From the IMG/VR virus record IMGVR_UViG_3300046171_000193, positions 64,001-128,000 of that record: a stretch of 64,000 nucleotides of DNA; one strand, written 5' to 3'. Below are positions 49,340 through 59,668 of this stretch, one piece after another. The translations under genes were made by a program, and so were the position numbers. The DNA is from a virus. A model generated the notes under the pieces. It was not told the origin of the DNA. It worked only from the letters and a program-made list of their open reading frames with translations, and searched no databases. The first letter of the stretch is position 1. Each line of letters begins with the position of its first letter.

Positions 49340-50849
49340 CATTAAAATATGGAAGAAAAATGAAAGCATAGCTCTTGTTGATTGCGATGCCGGAATTGCA
49401 AAAGAACTAAGTGATTATTTTTCTTTCTTTGTTCCTGGTTACAAGTACATGAAACTGTACAAACGTAAAATATGGGACGGCAAAATAAGATTATTTAATA
49501 ATGTAAGTAAAGAACTTCCTGCAGGTTTATATCCATTTGTCGACGAATTCTGTAAACAAAGAAGTTATACTCTTGAAACAGAATCAACTAAATATGGCGC
49601 GCCGCAGGATAAAAGTGAAGAAGATCCTAAAGAAATATATGAATACATAAAAGATTTAAATTTAACTAGTCGCGGCCAGCCTATTGAGATTCGTGACTAC
49701 CAGTTTGATGCGGTAATGAAAGCATTAAACATAAATCGCTGTGTATTGCTGTCTCCTACAGGTTCTGGTAAATCTTTAATAATTTATTGTATTTCACAAT
49801 TATGGCTAAAGTATATCTCAGATGGATTCAGATACCCACGTGCCGGAAGAGTATTAGTAGTTGTACCTACAACATCGTTAGTAGAACAAATGCAGAAAGA
49901 TTTTGTTGATTATGGTTTAGGCGAGAAGGCTATACACAAAATATATTCTGGTAAAGATAAAGATAATATAGAATCTTCTGTAGTAATATCTACATGGCAA
50001 TCAATATATAAGTTGCCAAAAGAGTGGTTTGATCAATTTGGCATGGTAGTTGGGGATGAGTGTCATGGATTTAAATCAAAGTCGCTAACTGATATTATGA
50101 ACAAATGTACCGAAGCAAAGTATAGGATTGGCACAACTGGTACTCTGGACAATGCACAAGTCCATCACCTCGTCCTACAGGGCCTATTCGGAAAAATACA
50201 TAGAGTAACAACTACTAAAGCTCTGCAAGACAATAATACTCTTGCTAAACTTGATATAAATATAATTATGTTAAAATATAACGAAGAGACACGTAAGTCT
50301 TTTGGGAAGATGACATACCAGGATGAAATTGATTGGATCGTTAGAAATAATTCTCGCAACACTTTCATTCGCAATTTGGCTTTGGATGCTGATGGCAATA
50401 CTCTCGTCTTATTTAATTTTGTTGATAAGCACGGTAAGCCTCTCTTTGATATGATAAATGCCAAAATTGAAGAAGGAAGAAAAGTATTTTATGTATCAGG
50501 TGAAGTAGAAACGTCAGATAGAGAAGCTATAAGAGAGATTACGGAGAAACAAAAGAATGCTATCATTGTTGCAAGCTTGGGTACATTTAGTACAGGAATC
50601 AACATTAAAAATTTGCATAATATTGTTTTCGCCTCGCCGTCAAAATCTCAAATCAAAGTCCTCCAGTCAATCGGCCGAGGACTCAGAAAAGCGGATGATG
50701 GCCGCATCACAAGACTATATGATATCGCGGACGACTTACAAACGAAAAGCAGGAAGAACTACGCGATCCTCCACAGCGAGGAAAGAATAAAAATATATAA
50801 TAAAGAGAAATTTGATTATAAAGTCATAGAGGTGCCAATTGGAAATTAG
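49332..50849 (+). CDS. uvsW: UvsW SF2 helicase
   Basis: WDGKIRLF, RDYQ, SPTGSGKS, DECH, GTTGT, STGINI, QSIGRGLR. Confidence 0.95.
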   Translation: MANIKIWKKNESIALVDCDAGIAKELSDYFSFFVPGYKYMKLYKRKIWDGKIRLFNNVSKELPAGLYPFVDEFCKQRSYTLETESTKYGAPQDKSEEDPKEIYEYIKDLNLTSRGQPIEIRDYQFDAVMKALNINRCVLLSPTGSGKSLIIYCISQLWLKYISDGFRYPRAGRVLVVVPTTSLVEQMQKDFVDYGLGEKAIHKIYSGKDKDNIESSVVISTWQSIYKLPKEWFDQFGMVVGDECHGFKSKSLTDIMNKCTEAKYRIGTTGTLDNAQVHHLVLQGLFGKIHRVTTTKALQDNNTLAKLDINIIMLKYNEETRKSFGKMTYQDEIDWIVRNNSRNTFIRNLALDADGNTLVLFNFVDKHGKPLFDMINAKIEEGRKVFYVSGEVETSDREAIREITEKQKNAIIVASLGTFSTGINIKNLHNIVFASPSKSQIKVLQSIGRGLRKADDGRITRLYDIADDLQTKSRKNYAILHSEERIKIYNKEKFDYKVIEVPIGN

Positions 50850-51260
50850 ACAATTTAAATTAGCTAACAACGATGAAATTATGTGTGAAGTAGTAGAGTA
50901 TCATGAAGATGATGATGCTATTGTTATACGAAAAACTATGAAGATGGTACAAATGGATAACATGGCAAACGGTACTCGTTATTACGCGTTTCGCCCATTT
51001 ATGATGTATCAGCATACAAAAGTAGGCTTTTCAAATCGATTTAACCGCGAACATATTATCGCAGAAGCAAATCTCGAATCAAGAATTGATATTAGAATAT
51101 TTTAAGGCGATCGAAACTTTCTTTAGGATAAGAAGGTGAGAAAAAGAAAAATATGGATGACATTGAGAGATGATGGGTACAATACGTATGTCAAACAACA
51201 AAGTGAATTGTTATCCGAACTAGATTCCGTATCGGGATGATGTAAGTACGTAATATAATT
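50839..51260 (+). CDS. Small hypothetical protein of the uvsW-gp55 interval; 3' half disrupted by indels, end approximate
   Basis: QFKLANNDEIMCEV N-terminus; the downstream acidic sequence shifts between frames. Confidence 0.5.
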
Positions 51261-51324
51261 TACGATAGACAAAATATGATCGGCATTGTAGGTATTCCTA
51301 TCCATCCCTCAACTGTACTCTTTA

Positions 51325-51354
51325 ATTATACACCAGTTTTACTGGTATTGTACA
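51325..51354 (-). promoter_or_regulatory. Leftward sigma70-like promoter TGTACA-N18-TATAAT with an internal inverted repeat
   Basis: Reverse complement TGTACA ataccagtaaaactggtg TATAAT; ACCAGT-ttt-ACTGGT at 51332-51346. Confidence 0.5.
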
Positions 51355-51389
51355 CAGTTAATTTAGCAATAAATAAATATTTTTTTTAG

Positions 51390-51418
51390 TGTACATCCGT
51401 GCTTAAACGTGATAGAAT
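51390..51418 (+). promoter_or_regulatory. Early/middle promoter TGTACA-N17-TAGAAT (gp55)
   Basis: Shared motif; RBS AAGGA follows. Confidence 0.7.
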
Positions 51419-51440
51419 TATATTATATTAAGGATATATT

Positions 51441-52020
51441 ATGAAACCTAAAGACAGACCACATTATGTAAATAATGCACAATTCTCACAGGCAGTAGTT
51501 GATTACGTTACTGTTGTACGTGAAGCAAAGAGTGAAGAAAAACAACTTCCTATTGTGCCTGATTACATCGCTACTTGCTTTCTTAAAATAGCAGAAGGAC
51601 TTTCCCATAAATCTAATTTTATCCGATATACGTATCGAGAAGAAATGGTTATGGACGCAGTCGAAAATTGTCTTAAAGCAATAGAAAATTATAATCTAGA
51701 AGCAGCTACACGATCTGGCAAACCTAATGCATTTGCATACTTTACCCAGATTTCTTGGTATGCATTCTTGCGACGTATTGCTAAAGAAAAGAAACAGCAA
51801 GACATTAAGTTTAAATATATGTCACAATCAGGGAGTAGAAGCTTTCTTACTAGATGAAACAGACAATAGCGTAGCAGCTAACTTTGTTGATACTCTAAAA
51901 GACAGAATCGATAAAAGTCAGAGGTTATGACACTGAAAGTAAAAGAATTTGCTAAGAAAGAGAAGAAACGTAAAAGACCTGTACAAAAAGTAGATTCTGA
52001 TTTAACAGGCTTTTTTAATG
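51441..52020 (+). CDS. gp55: Late sigma factor gp55 (indels after about 51830; end approximate)
   Basis: HYVNNAQF, KIAEGLSHKSNF..YTYREEMVMDAVENC, NAFAYFTQI...AFLRRIAKEKKQ. Confidence 0.93.
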
Positions 52021-53081
52021 AAGGTAGCAATAATAAATGACACTCATTGTGGGATTCGCAATTCTTCTGACGTCTTTCTCGATAACGCAGAAAAATTTTA
52101 TAATGATGTATTTTTTCCTACTCTTTTGGAACGGGGTATTAGCCATATTATCCATCTTGGTGATTACTTCGATCACCGGAAGTTTATCAATTTCCGTGCC
52201 CTTAACCGTAACCGGCATGTATTTCTTGAACGGCTTAGGAAAGAACGAATAACAATGGATATTATTTGTGGTAATCATGATACTTACTACAAAAATACTA
52301 ATGACTTAAACTCACTCAAAGAATTACTAGGACATTATATGAATGAGGTTCATATTATACATGAGCCTACTGTTATGGAATACGGTTCTTTAAAGATGGG
52401 TATGGTTCCATGGATATGTGACGAGAACCATGATAAGACTATGGAGTTTTTAAAGACTGCTAAGTGTGATTGGATCGGTGGTCATTTTGAGTTTGCAGGG
52501 ATTTAGCGTATTACGTGGCGTACTTGCTCCTCATGGATTAGATCACACACAACTATCACGATTTGAAAAAGTATTATCTGGTCATTATCATACAAAGTCT
52601 CAAAAAGATAATGTAACATATCTTGGCACACAAATGGAATTCTCTTGGAATGATGCACACGATCCTAAGCATTTTCATATTCTCGATACAGAAACACGTG
52701 AGCTAGAAGCCATACAAAATAATAACACTTTATTTCAAAAAATAGTGTACAATGACGATGAAATAGATTATAATAAATATAACGTAACTGATTTAGACGG
52801 TAAGTTTGTCAAGGTAGTTGTTGTCAATAAAAAAGATCTATTTACATTTGATAGATTTATTGACAGAATACAGAATAGAAAGATTCACGATCTTAAGATT
52901 GCTGAGAACTTCGATGAGTTTTTAGGATCTAGCGTAGAAGATGAATCAGTTTCTATTGAAGAAACAACTGAACTATTAGATACGTACATTGAAGCAGTAG
53001 AAACTGATCTTGATAAAGGCAGGTTAAAACTTTCTATGCGTAATCTTATGACTGAAGCACAGGCTATCGAAAGCAGTATGA
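52018..53081 (+). CDS. gp47: Recombination nuclease gp47 (Mre11/SbcD-like); indels near 52497 and 53070
   Basis: NDTHCG, HLGDYFD, GNHD, GHFE, SGHYH spread over two ORF-track frames. Confidence 0.9.
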
Positions 53082-54809
53082 TCGTATTTACATCGTTAAA
53101 GTTTAAGAATTTCCTATCTACCTGGAAACGCTTGGACTGATATTAAACTAGATAAATCTAAGTCTACTTTAATTGTAGGCCAGAATGGTGCTGGTAAATC
53201 TACCATGCTAGATGCTATAGCGTTTGGTTTGTTTGGTAAACCACACCGTAATATCAATAAACCTCAGTTAATTAATACTATCAACAATAAGAACTGTATT
53301 GTTGAAGTAACATTTGTAATAGGTAAAGCAAAATATAAAATTATACGTGGCATAAAGCCAAACGTATTTGAGATTTGGAAGAATGGTGATATGATTAATC
53401 AATCATCTCATTCCAAAGAGTACCAGAAGATTCTCGAGCAAAACATCTTGAAGCTAAATCATAAAAGCTTTCATCAGATCGTTGTCTTGGGGTCCTCCTC
53501 CTTTGTTCCTTTCATGCAACTCCCTGCACAACACCGGCGAGATGTGATCGAGGATCTTCTGGACATTAACGTATTCTCAAAAATGAATAATCTTCTAAAA
53601 GAAAAAACTACTGGGCTGAAAGATAAAATGAAAGATTTGTCTTTTCAGTTAGACGTTGAATCTAATAAGATCACAACTCAGAAAAAATATATTAATGACT
53701 TAAGAGCATTGAATAGAACGGCTAAGGATAAGAAAGATGCTCAGGCTGCTAAACTTAAGACTGAACTCAATAATCTCGTCGAAGAAAATTCAACGCTCAC
53801 GACACAGATCCAAGACGAACAAGGTCCGCTTGAAAAAGAACTCAATGCGTTACATGATCGCAAACAAACGTTTACTCAATATAGTGGGCAGTTCAGACAA
53901 CAAATGTCTCAGGTCGTTAAAGAATCTAAATTTTACGAAGAAAATGAAAACTGTCCAACCTGCTCACAAGAAATCACGGAGTCCGTCAGGAGTGCTAAGT
54001 TACAATCCTCGAAGGAAAAAGCGAAAGAACTCCAAGATGCAATGCAAGAAGCGTCTGTAAAATCCGGTGAGTTAGAAGATAATATAGAAAAGGTTACTGA
54101 GAGACTAAACAATGTGAGATCTATTCAGTCTACGGTTAATAGTAATAATCAATCTATTGGTCGTATGCAAGCTGAGATCACGGAATTAGAAGCAGAAATA
54201 AATCAAACAGGTGATATTGAATCTGCTAAAGAAGAACTTGATTCAATGGAAAATACTGTAAATGAATTTAATGTTGAAAAATTTAAACTAAACGAAGATT
54301 ATTCTTACAATAATGTTATGTCTGAGATGCTCAAGGATACTGGTATCAAGACAAAGATTATTAAACAATACATACCTGTTATTAATAAATTAGTAAATCA
54401 ATATTTGCAGATACTAGATTTTTATGTGCATTTTGATTTAGATGAAAGTTTTACCGAAACGATTCGATCACGTCATAGAGATCAGTTTTCATACGATTCT
54501 TTTTCTGAAGGTGAAAAGCAACGTATTGACTTAGCTTTATTATTTACATGGCGGATGATTGCTAAAATGAAAAATTCAATATCAACTAACCTTCTACTTC
54601 TTGATGAGACATTCGATTCAAGTCTAGATCATGATGGCGTTGAGAACCTAATGAAGATTCTGCATTCTCTTGATGAGAATTCGAATACGTTTATTATATC
54701 GCACAAGGGTGATATTCTTGACGGTAAGTTTAAAGACAAGATAGAATTTGTAAAAGAAAAGAATTTTAGTAAAATAAAAGATTTACAAGTCCTAGAAGAT
54801 GTGATATAA
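53078..54809 (+). CDS. gp46: Recombination ATPase gp46 (Rad50/SbcC-like); indel near 53121
   Basis: FKNFLS, Walker A GQNGAGKST just upstream of the ORF-track start, zinc hook CPTC, SFSEGE, LLLDETFD, ISH. Confidence 0.93.
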
Positions 54810-54810
54810 T
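54782..54810 (+). promoter_or_regulatory. Early/middle promoter TTTACA-N17-TATAAT (gp45)
   Basis: Shared motif. Confidence 0.7.
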
Positions 54811-54836
54811 AGTATGATAAACAAACGAGGTATATA

Positions 54837-55514
54837 ATGGAACTGAAAGACGAAACACTTTCTGTATTGAAGAATTACGCATCTATTAATCCTAATATAG
54901 TAATTCAACAAGGCAACACAATTAAGACAATGACTGAGGCACGTAATGTGTTATCCTCTGCAACATTGTCAGAAGACTTCCCACAAGAGTTTGGCATTTA
55001 TGATCTCAATGAGTTTCTAGGTGTCATCAATCTTGTTGGAGAACCAAGACTTAAATTTGAAACTGATTACGTGGTTGTTACAGATAGTAGCAATCGTTCT
55101 CGTGTCAAATACTTTTATTCTGATCCTGAGATGCTGACAACTCCAACCAAAGATGTTAAAATGCCACCAGCAGATGTATCATTTCTTTTAGATAACGATA
55201 CGCTAGGCCGTATTAAAAGAGCAGCATCAACCTTAGGTCATTCAGAACTTTCTATTAAAGGAAAAGACGGTGTGCTTAGTCTATCAGTTGTTGATAGCCA
55301 AAACGCTACGTCAAATGCATTCTCTATCGATATCGAGTGGAGAATTTACAGAAGAGAACTTTAACTTTATATTTGATATTAAGAATTTAAAAATGATTCC
55401 TGGGCGATTATCAAGTTGGACTATCTTCAAAACTCATTTCACATTTTGTTAACAAAGAAACTGGCATCGAATATTGGATCGCCCTTAGAAAAGACATCAA
55501 CCTTCGGAGTATAA
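54837..55514 (+). CDS. gp45: Sliding clamp gp45 (indels after about 55335)
   Basis: TLSVLKNYASIN, FGIYDLNEFL, NLKMIPG, and YWIA in a shifted frame. Confidence 0.9.
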
Positions 55515-55515
55515 T

Positions 55516-55749
55516 ATGTCAGATAAAAAAGAAGAAACAACGGAAGCAGTGAGATCCACATGCTCCTATCTATGAAACAGGTAATCGTGCTGCTCGTAGT
55601 ATGATTGCAGTTGTTGATACTATGTGTCAACGTGGTGGCCTTTAAAGGTGAAGAGCTTTCTACTATTGGTACGACTTCGCGATCAATGTGTACAGATTAA
55701 TTCAAATGGCAGAGAACTATCAGCAGGAGCAAGCTCAAGCTGAAAATAA
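55516..55749 (+). CDS. Small hypothetical protein, broken by indels
   Basis: RBS GGAG + ATG; pieces RAARSMIAVVDTMCQRG, FKGEELSTIG, LRDQCVQ across frames. Confidence 0.5.
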
Positions 55750-55779
55750 TGTACTTTCCTATTGAAACTGTGTTATAAT
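55750..55779 (+). promoter_or_regulatory. Early/middle promoter TGTACT-N18-TATAAT (gp44)
   Basis: Shared motif. Confidence 0.6.
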
Positions 55780-55799
55780 ATAATTATGAAGGAAAGACT

Positions 55800-56730
55800 A
55801 TGTCAAGCGAATTTTTATGGGTCGAAAAATATCGACCAAAAGTAATTTCTGAAACGGTATTGCCTCCCCGACTTAAAGATACGTTTCAGAAAATGGTGGA
55901 TACCGGTGAATTGCCTAATATGCTTTTCACCGGTACCGCTGGTCTGGGTAAAACCACAGTTGCCAAAGCACTGTGTAATGAACTTGGTTTAGATTATATT
56001 ATAATCAACGGTTCAGAAGAAGGCAATATAGATACTCTTCGAACTAAGATAAAACAATTTGCATCTTCTATTTCGTTACAAGGCGGATACAAAGTTGTCA
56101 TACTAGACGAAGCAGATTATCTTAATCCACAATCTACTCAACCAGCTCTTCGTGGATTCATTGAAGAGTTTAGTAATAATTGTAGATTCATTCTCACATG
56201 CAATTTTAAGAATCGTATTATTGAACCACTACATTCTCGTTGTGGTGTTTATGAATTCAATACGACTAAAAAGAAATGGCAGAGCTCGCCGCTGATTTCA
56301 CAAACGACTCGTATATATATTAAAAGAAGAAGGTATACAAACAGATCAAAAAGCTGCAGCAGATCTTATTCTTAAACACGCTCCTGATTGGAGGAGAATT
56401 TTAAATGAGTGTCAGCGGCTTTCTATTGGTGGGTCTGATATTAGCAATAGCTCTACGGATATTAATAATACAAGCGATCTTGTAAAAAGTTTAAAAGATA
56501 AAGACTTTAAAAAGATGAGGCATTGGGTCGCAAACAATATGGACATTGATGCATCTACAATATTTCGTAGCTTGTATGATAGTATGACAGATACGGTAGC
56601 CAACAGGTCAATACCTCAGCTAGTTTTAATTTTAGCTGACTATCAATATAAACATGCCTTTGTGGCAGACCATGAGTTAAACGTTGTAGCTTGTATGACG
56701 GAGATAATGGCAAACGTAGAGTTTAAGTAA
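55800..56730 (+). CDS. gp44: Clamp loader large subunit gp44 (indels near 56270-56340)
   Basis: LWVEKYRP, GTAGLGKTT, ILDEADYL, PLHSRC; C-terminal LILADYQYK.AFVADHELN. Confidence 0.93.
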
Positions 56731-56933
56731 TGAAAGAATTTGTATTAGTAATTAGCATGTGGGGCAATAATGGCACCGTATGGGAATATATAGGTAATCA
56801 ATATGTGATGAATGAAAAATTTACAGAAGCTCAATGTGAGATTTTAGTAGATAATTCTAATTGGAAAAAACACATAATAAACGAATACTATAAATTACAA
56901 TTCGATTGTTTTCACGAGGACAACCATAACTAA
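56730..56933 (+). CDS. Hypothetical protein
   Basis: 67 aa, overlapping both neighbours by TAATG; two Cys. Confidence 0.6.
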   Translation: MKEFVLVISMWGNNGTVWEYIGNQYVMNEKFTEAQCEILVDNSNWKKHIINEYYKLQFDCFHEDNHN

Positions 56934-57973
56934 TGTTAGTATTATATACGCAACCTAGATGTCACTATTGTGAGATCATGAAAAGGATGCTGAGTAAGAT
57001 GGACGAGGCCGAAGGCTTTCAAACCTTAGACATTACTAAAGATCCTGAAGCTAGAGCCTTTCTAAAAAAGAAAGGTCACAAAACCGTTCCTATGCTTTAT
57101 TTAAAAGTGCCTGATCATGAGATATGGATTAATAAAGATATTGATACTAGAAAGCTAACAGGCGAAAACTTAGGTAAAAGAATAACAGATGCTATAGCAC
57201 AGACAAAGAAGGATAACTGTCTAGTATTTGATGTTGATGGTACGTTAACACCAAGTAGAGAAAAGATAGATCCTGCACATGCTGAAATAATAATGGATCT
57301 TGCTAGTAAGGTCGACATTTACATTATAACAGGATCAGACTTTGCCAAAACAAAAGAACAATTAGGAGACATTACTAAAGTTGTAAAAGGTTCCTATCAA
57401 TGTGCAGGCAATGAATTATGGGTAAATGATAAGTTAGTTCAATCTGTTCCTGAATTTAATATGTCTAAAGTAATGGTACAATGGTGTAAGCAAAAACTAG
57501 AAGAAAGCAGATTTCCTCATAGGACAGGCAAGAAGCATATTGACCTTCGGCCGGGTATGATGAACTTTTCTATTCTTGGTAGAGGCTGTACTAGAGCTCA
57601 AAGAAAACAATACATTGATTATGACACAAAAAATAATGAGAGAGAAGTTTTAGCAAGCGAGTTTAATTCAATATTCCATACATACTCTGCCCAAATAGCT
57701 GGAGAAACAGGTATTGACGTGTGCGAACGAGGAAGAGATAAAGGGCAGGTGTACAAACCGCTAGAAACATTGTATAATAGTATTATCTTCTTTGGCGATG
57801 ATACGCAAGAAGGTGGGAACGATTATCCGTTTGCAAAGCAAATAGAAGGATTCCCGCATCGGTGTTTTCATGTCAGCGGACCGGAAGAAACATTTGAATC
57901 TTTAGAAGGTATCAAAAGATTATTTCTTGATGAATGGCCTGGCCAAGATAGTGGAATAGAAGGACAACTATGA
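56933..57973 (+). CDS. Glutaredoxin (NrdH-like) fused to a HAD-IIB phosphomannomutase-like domain
   Basis: N-terminal CHYC and TVP; C-terminal FDVDGTLTP, TGSD, R.GMMNFS..GR, FFGD....GGNDY. Confidence 0.8.
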   Translation: MLVLYTQPRCHYCEIMKRMLSKMDEAEGFQTLDITKDPEARAFLKKKGHKTVPMLYLKVPDHEIWINKDIDTRKLTGENLGKRITDAIAQTKKDNCLVFDVDGTLTPSREKIDPAHAEIIMDLASKVDIYIITGSDFAKTKEQLGDITKVVKGSYQCAGNELWVNDKLVQSVPEFNMSKVMVQWCKQKLEESRFPHRTGKKHIDLRPGMMNFSILGRGCTRAQRKQYIDYDTKNNEREVLASEFNSIFHTYSAQIAGETGIDVCERGRDKGQVYKPLETLYNSIIFFGDDTQEGGNDYPFAKQIEGFPHRCFHVSGPEETFESLEGIKRLFLDEWPGQDSGIEGQL

Positions 57974-58356
57974 ATCCCTTTGAATTTTTAAATGCTATTA
58001 ATACAACTAAAAAAGATGTTATAACAGATGATATAACAGAAAAGGCTTATAACAGTTTTATGGTTAATCGCTCACTTTCTTACTTTAATGATACTGTTGT
58101 ATTAGCTAATGAGATGAATCGCTACCACCACCTCGATAATAAACTACAATTCGACTTTCTTATAAATATGGTTAGAAAGCGCAAACGCTTTTCTAAATGG
58201 ATAAAGCCTCAAATTGAGAGTGACGTCGAAGTGGTAAAAGAATATTATGGCTATAGCAATGAGAAAGCTCGTCAAGTATTGCCGCTTCTGTCACCCGAAC
58301 AAATAAATGGGTTAAAGAAGAAGGTGAATAAAGGTGGAAGAACAAGCACTAGTTGA
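57970..58356 (+). CDS. gp62: Clamp loader small subunit gp62
   Basis: FMVNRSLSYF.DT...ANEMN, RKRKRFSKW, YYGYSNEKA. Confidence 0.92.
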   Translation: MNPFEFLNAINTTKKDVITDDITEKAYNSFMVNRSLSYFNDTVVLANEMNRYHHLDNKLQFDFLINMVRKRKRFSKWIKPQIESDVEVVKEYYGYSNEKARQVLPLLSPEQINGLKKKVNKGGRTSTS

Positions 58357-58744
58357 GTGGTCTCCAACTTCAATGTTGGAAGTAACTCTACACGAACCAG
58401 ACGATTTTCTAAAGGTTCGTGAAACACTGACACGAATAGGTGTCGCATCCCGAAAAGATAAAAAACTATTTCAGTCTTGCCATATATTACATAAGCAAGG
58501 CAGATATTTTATTGTACATTTTAAAGAATTATTCTTACTTGATGGTAAGAAAGCAAATTTAGAAGAAAACGACGTAGCACGTAGAAACACTATTACTACT
58601 TTGATGTCAGACTGGGGTTTAGTTGAGATTCAAAATAATGAAGAAGCTAAACCGCTAGCGCCATTACGGCAAATCAAAATTATTCCGTTTAAAGAAAAGG
58701 ATCAATGGGAACTTTGTCCTAAATATAATATCGGAAATAAGTAA
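58334..58744 (+). CDS. regA: Translational repressor RegA
   Basis: PDDFLKVRETLTRIGVAS, QSCHILHKQGRYFIVHFKELF. Confidence 0.96.
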   Translation: MEEQALVEWSPTSMLEVTLHEPDDFLKVRETLTRIGVASRKDKKLFQSCHILHKQGRYFIVHFKELFLLDGKKANLEENDVARRNTITTLMSDWGLVEIQNNEEAKPLAPLRQIKIIPFKEKDQWELCPKYNIGNK

Positions 58745-58786
58745 AAAAATGTATATCTGCTATGTACTTTTTGAATAGATACACTA

Positions 58787-58794
58787 TATAAATA
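58787..58794 (+). promoter_or_regulatory. Late promoter TATAAATA (hsp20)
   Basis: Exact motif just before the structured 5' UTR. Confidence 0.6.
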
Positions 58795-58797
58795 ATA

Positions 58798-58853
58798 TGG
58801 GTGCCGAATGATCGGGCCCATTTTAACCTTGCTAGTCATAGGAGGAAAACATG
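58798..58853 (+). promoter_or_regulatory. ROSE-like RNA thermometer in the hsp20 5' UTR
   Basis: Hairpin TGGGTGCCGA-atga-TCGGGCCCA, then CCTTGCT-agtcat-AGGAGG, where the anti-SD U(U/C)GCU motif pairs with the SD. Confidence 0.65.
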
Positions 58854-59315
58854 ACAAGTAATTTCGTATATCCACGGAACGCATTCTTAGGTTTCGACCA
58901 CATCTTCGATCAGCTGGAGTCTATTCACAGCCACGCGAAGGATACTTATCCCCCACATAACGTAATTAAACACGACAATATGAAATATGAGATTGAACTT
59001 GCTGTTGCAGGTTTCAATAAAGATCATATTGATATTGAAATCAAAGACCACGTGCTCACTATCACAGGTGATAGACCACAAAGGCGTGATCAAAATAGTT
59101 ACGTTCACAAAGGGATTAGTGCTCGAAGGTTTAAGAAGTCGTATCGTCTAAGCGAATACACAGAAGTCACTGGAGCAGACATGAAGGATGGGATTTTGAC
59201 AGTCGGTTTAGAAGTCGTCCTACCAGAAGAGAAGCGTCCTCGTAAAATCAATATTGGTCAAAACGAGGTAATCAATGACAAATCTACTAAAGAACTTCTT
59301 ACAGAAGCTACGTAA
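58851..59315 (+). CDS. hsp20: Small heat-shock protein (Hsp20/IbpA-like)
   Basis: LGFDHIF, YPPHN, IELAVAGF, HKGISARRF, DGILT, PEEKRPRKI. Confidence 0.93.
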   Translation: MTSNFVYPRNAFLGFDHIFDQLESIHSHAKDTYPPHNVIKHDNMKYEIELAVAGFNKDHIDIEIKDHVLTITGDRPQRRDQNSYVHKGISARRFKKSYRLSEYTEVTGADMKDGILTVGLEVVLPEEKRPRKINIGQNEVINDKSTKELLTEAT

Positions 59316-59478
59316 CAGACAAACCTATAGAAACACTTATAATGAACTTTCAAGCCTTACAGATTATGAATTAAATGATATTGGCATTACTCGAGGGGAC
59401 ATTAAAAGAGTAGCTATGGGAGATCCATCTTATCGATTAGTCACAGACTATAATGATAATCTGAAAGGATGGGTTTAA
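59275..59478 (+). CDS. DUF1127 (YjiS-like) small protein
   Basis: R.T..ELSSLTDYELNDIGITRGDI; RBS GAGG. Confidence 0.85.
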   Translation: MTNLLKNFLQKLRNRQTYRNTYNELSSLTDYELNDIGITRGDIKRVAMGDPSYRLVTDYNDNLKGWV

Positions 59479-59642
59479 TGACAATTATAACGTCTTATAT
59501 ATTCTCGCCATTGTCGGGATTGTGGTCTTCATTAGACCGTACTATGAAGGTGATAGGGTACTCACGGGCAGCGGCAGAACTAACGCGGCTTGGGTATCAC
59601 GAGCAATCTAAACGGCTTATGATGGAATTTAAGAACTTATAA
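59478..59642 (+). CDS. 54-aa protein (MTIITSYIFSP...IGYSRAAAELTRLGYHEQSKRLM...)
   Basis: TAATG coupling to DUF1127 and RBS AAGGA; missed by the ORF track. Confidence 0.65.
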   Translation: MTIITSYIFSPLSGLWSSLDRTMKVIGYSRAAAELTRLGYHEQSKRLMMEFKNL

Positions 59643-59645
59643 ATA
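59638..59645 (+). promoter_or_regulatory. Late promoter TATAAATA (DoxX-pseudoazurin operon)
   Basis: Exact motif followed by RBS GAGGTG. Confidence 0.65.
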
Positions 59646-59668
59646 AGAGAACAATAGTCAGAGGTGAT

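Noticed and set aside
51123-51305. Minus-strand 60-aa ORF downstream of the leftward promoter
   Set aside because: Lies in an indel-rich region, antisense to a real gene, with poor SD spacing and no recognisable motif.
52466-53140. Apparent gp47-gp46 read-through fusion in the ORF track
   Set aside because: Removing one A near 53070 restores the usual ATGA stop/start overlap.
50990-56400. Frameshifts in gp55, gp47, gp46, gp45, gp44 and neighbours as programmed frameshifting or decay
   Set aside because: Dense 1-bp indels, many in homopolymers, across essential genes indicate a low-accuracy stretch of sequence.
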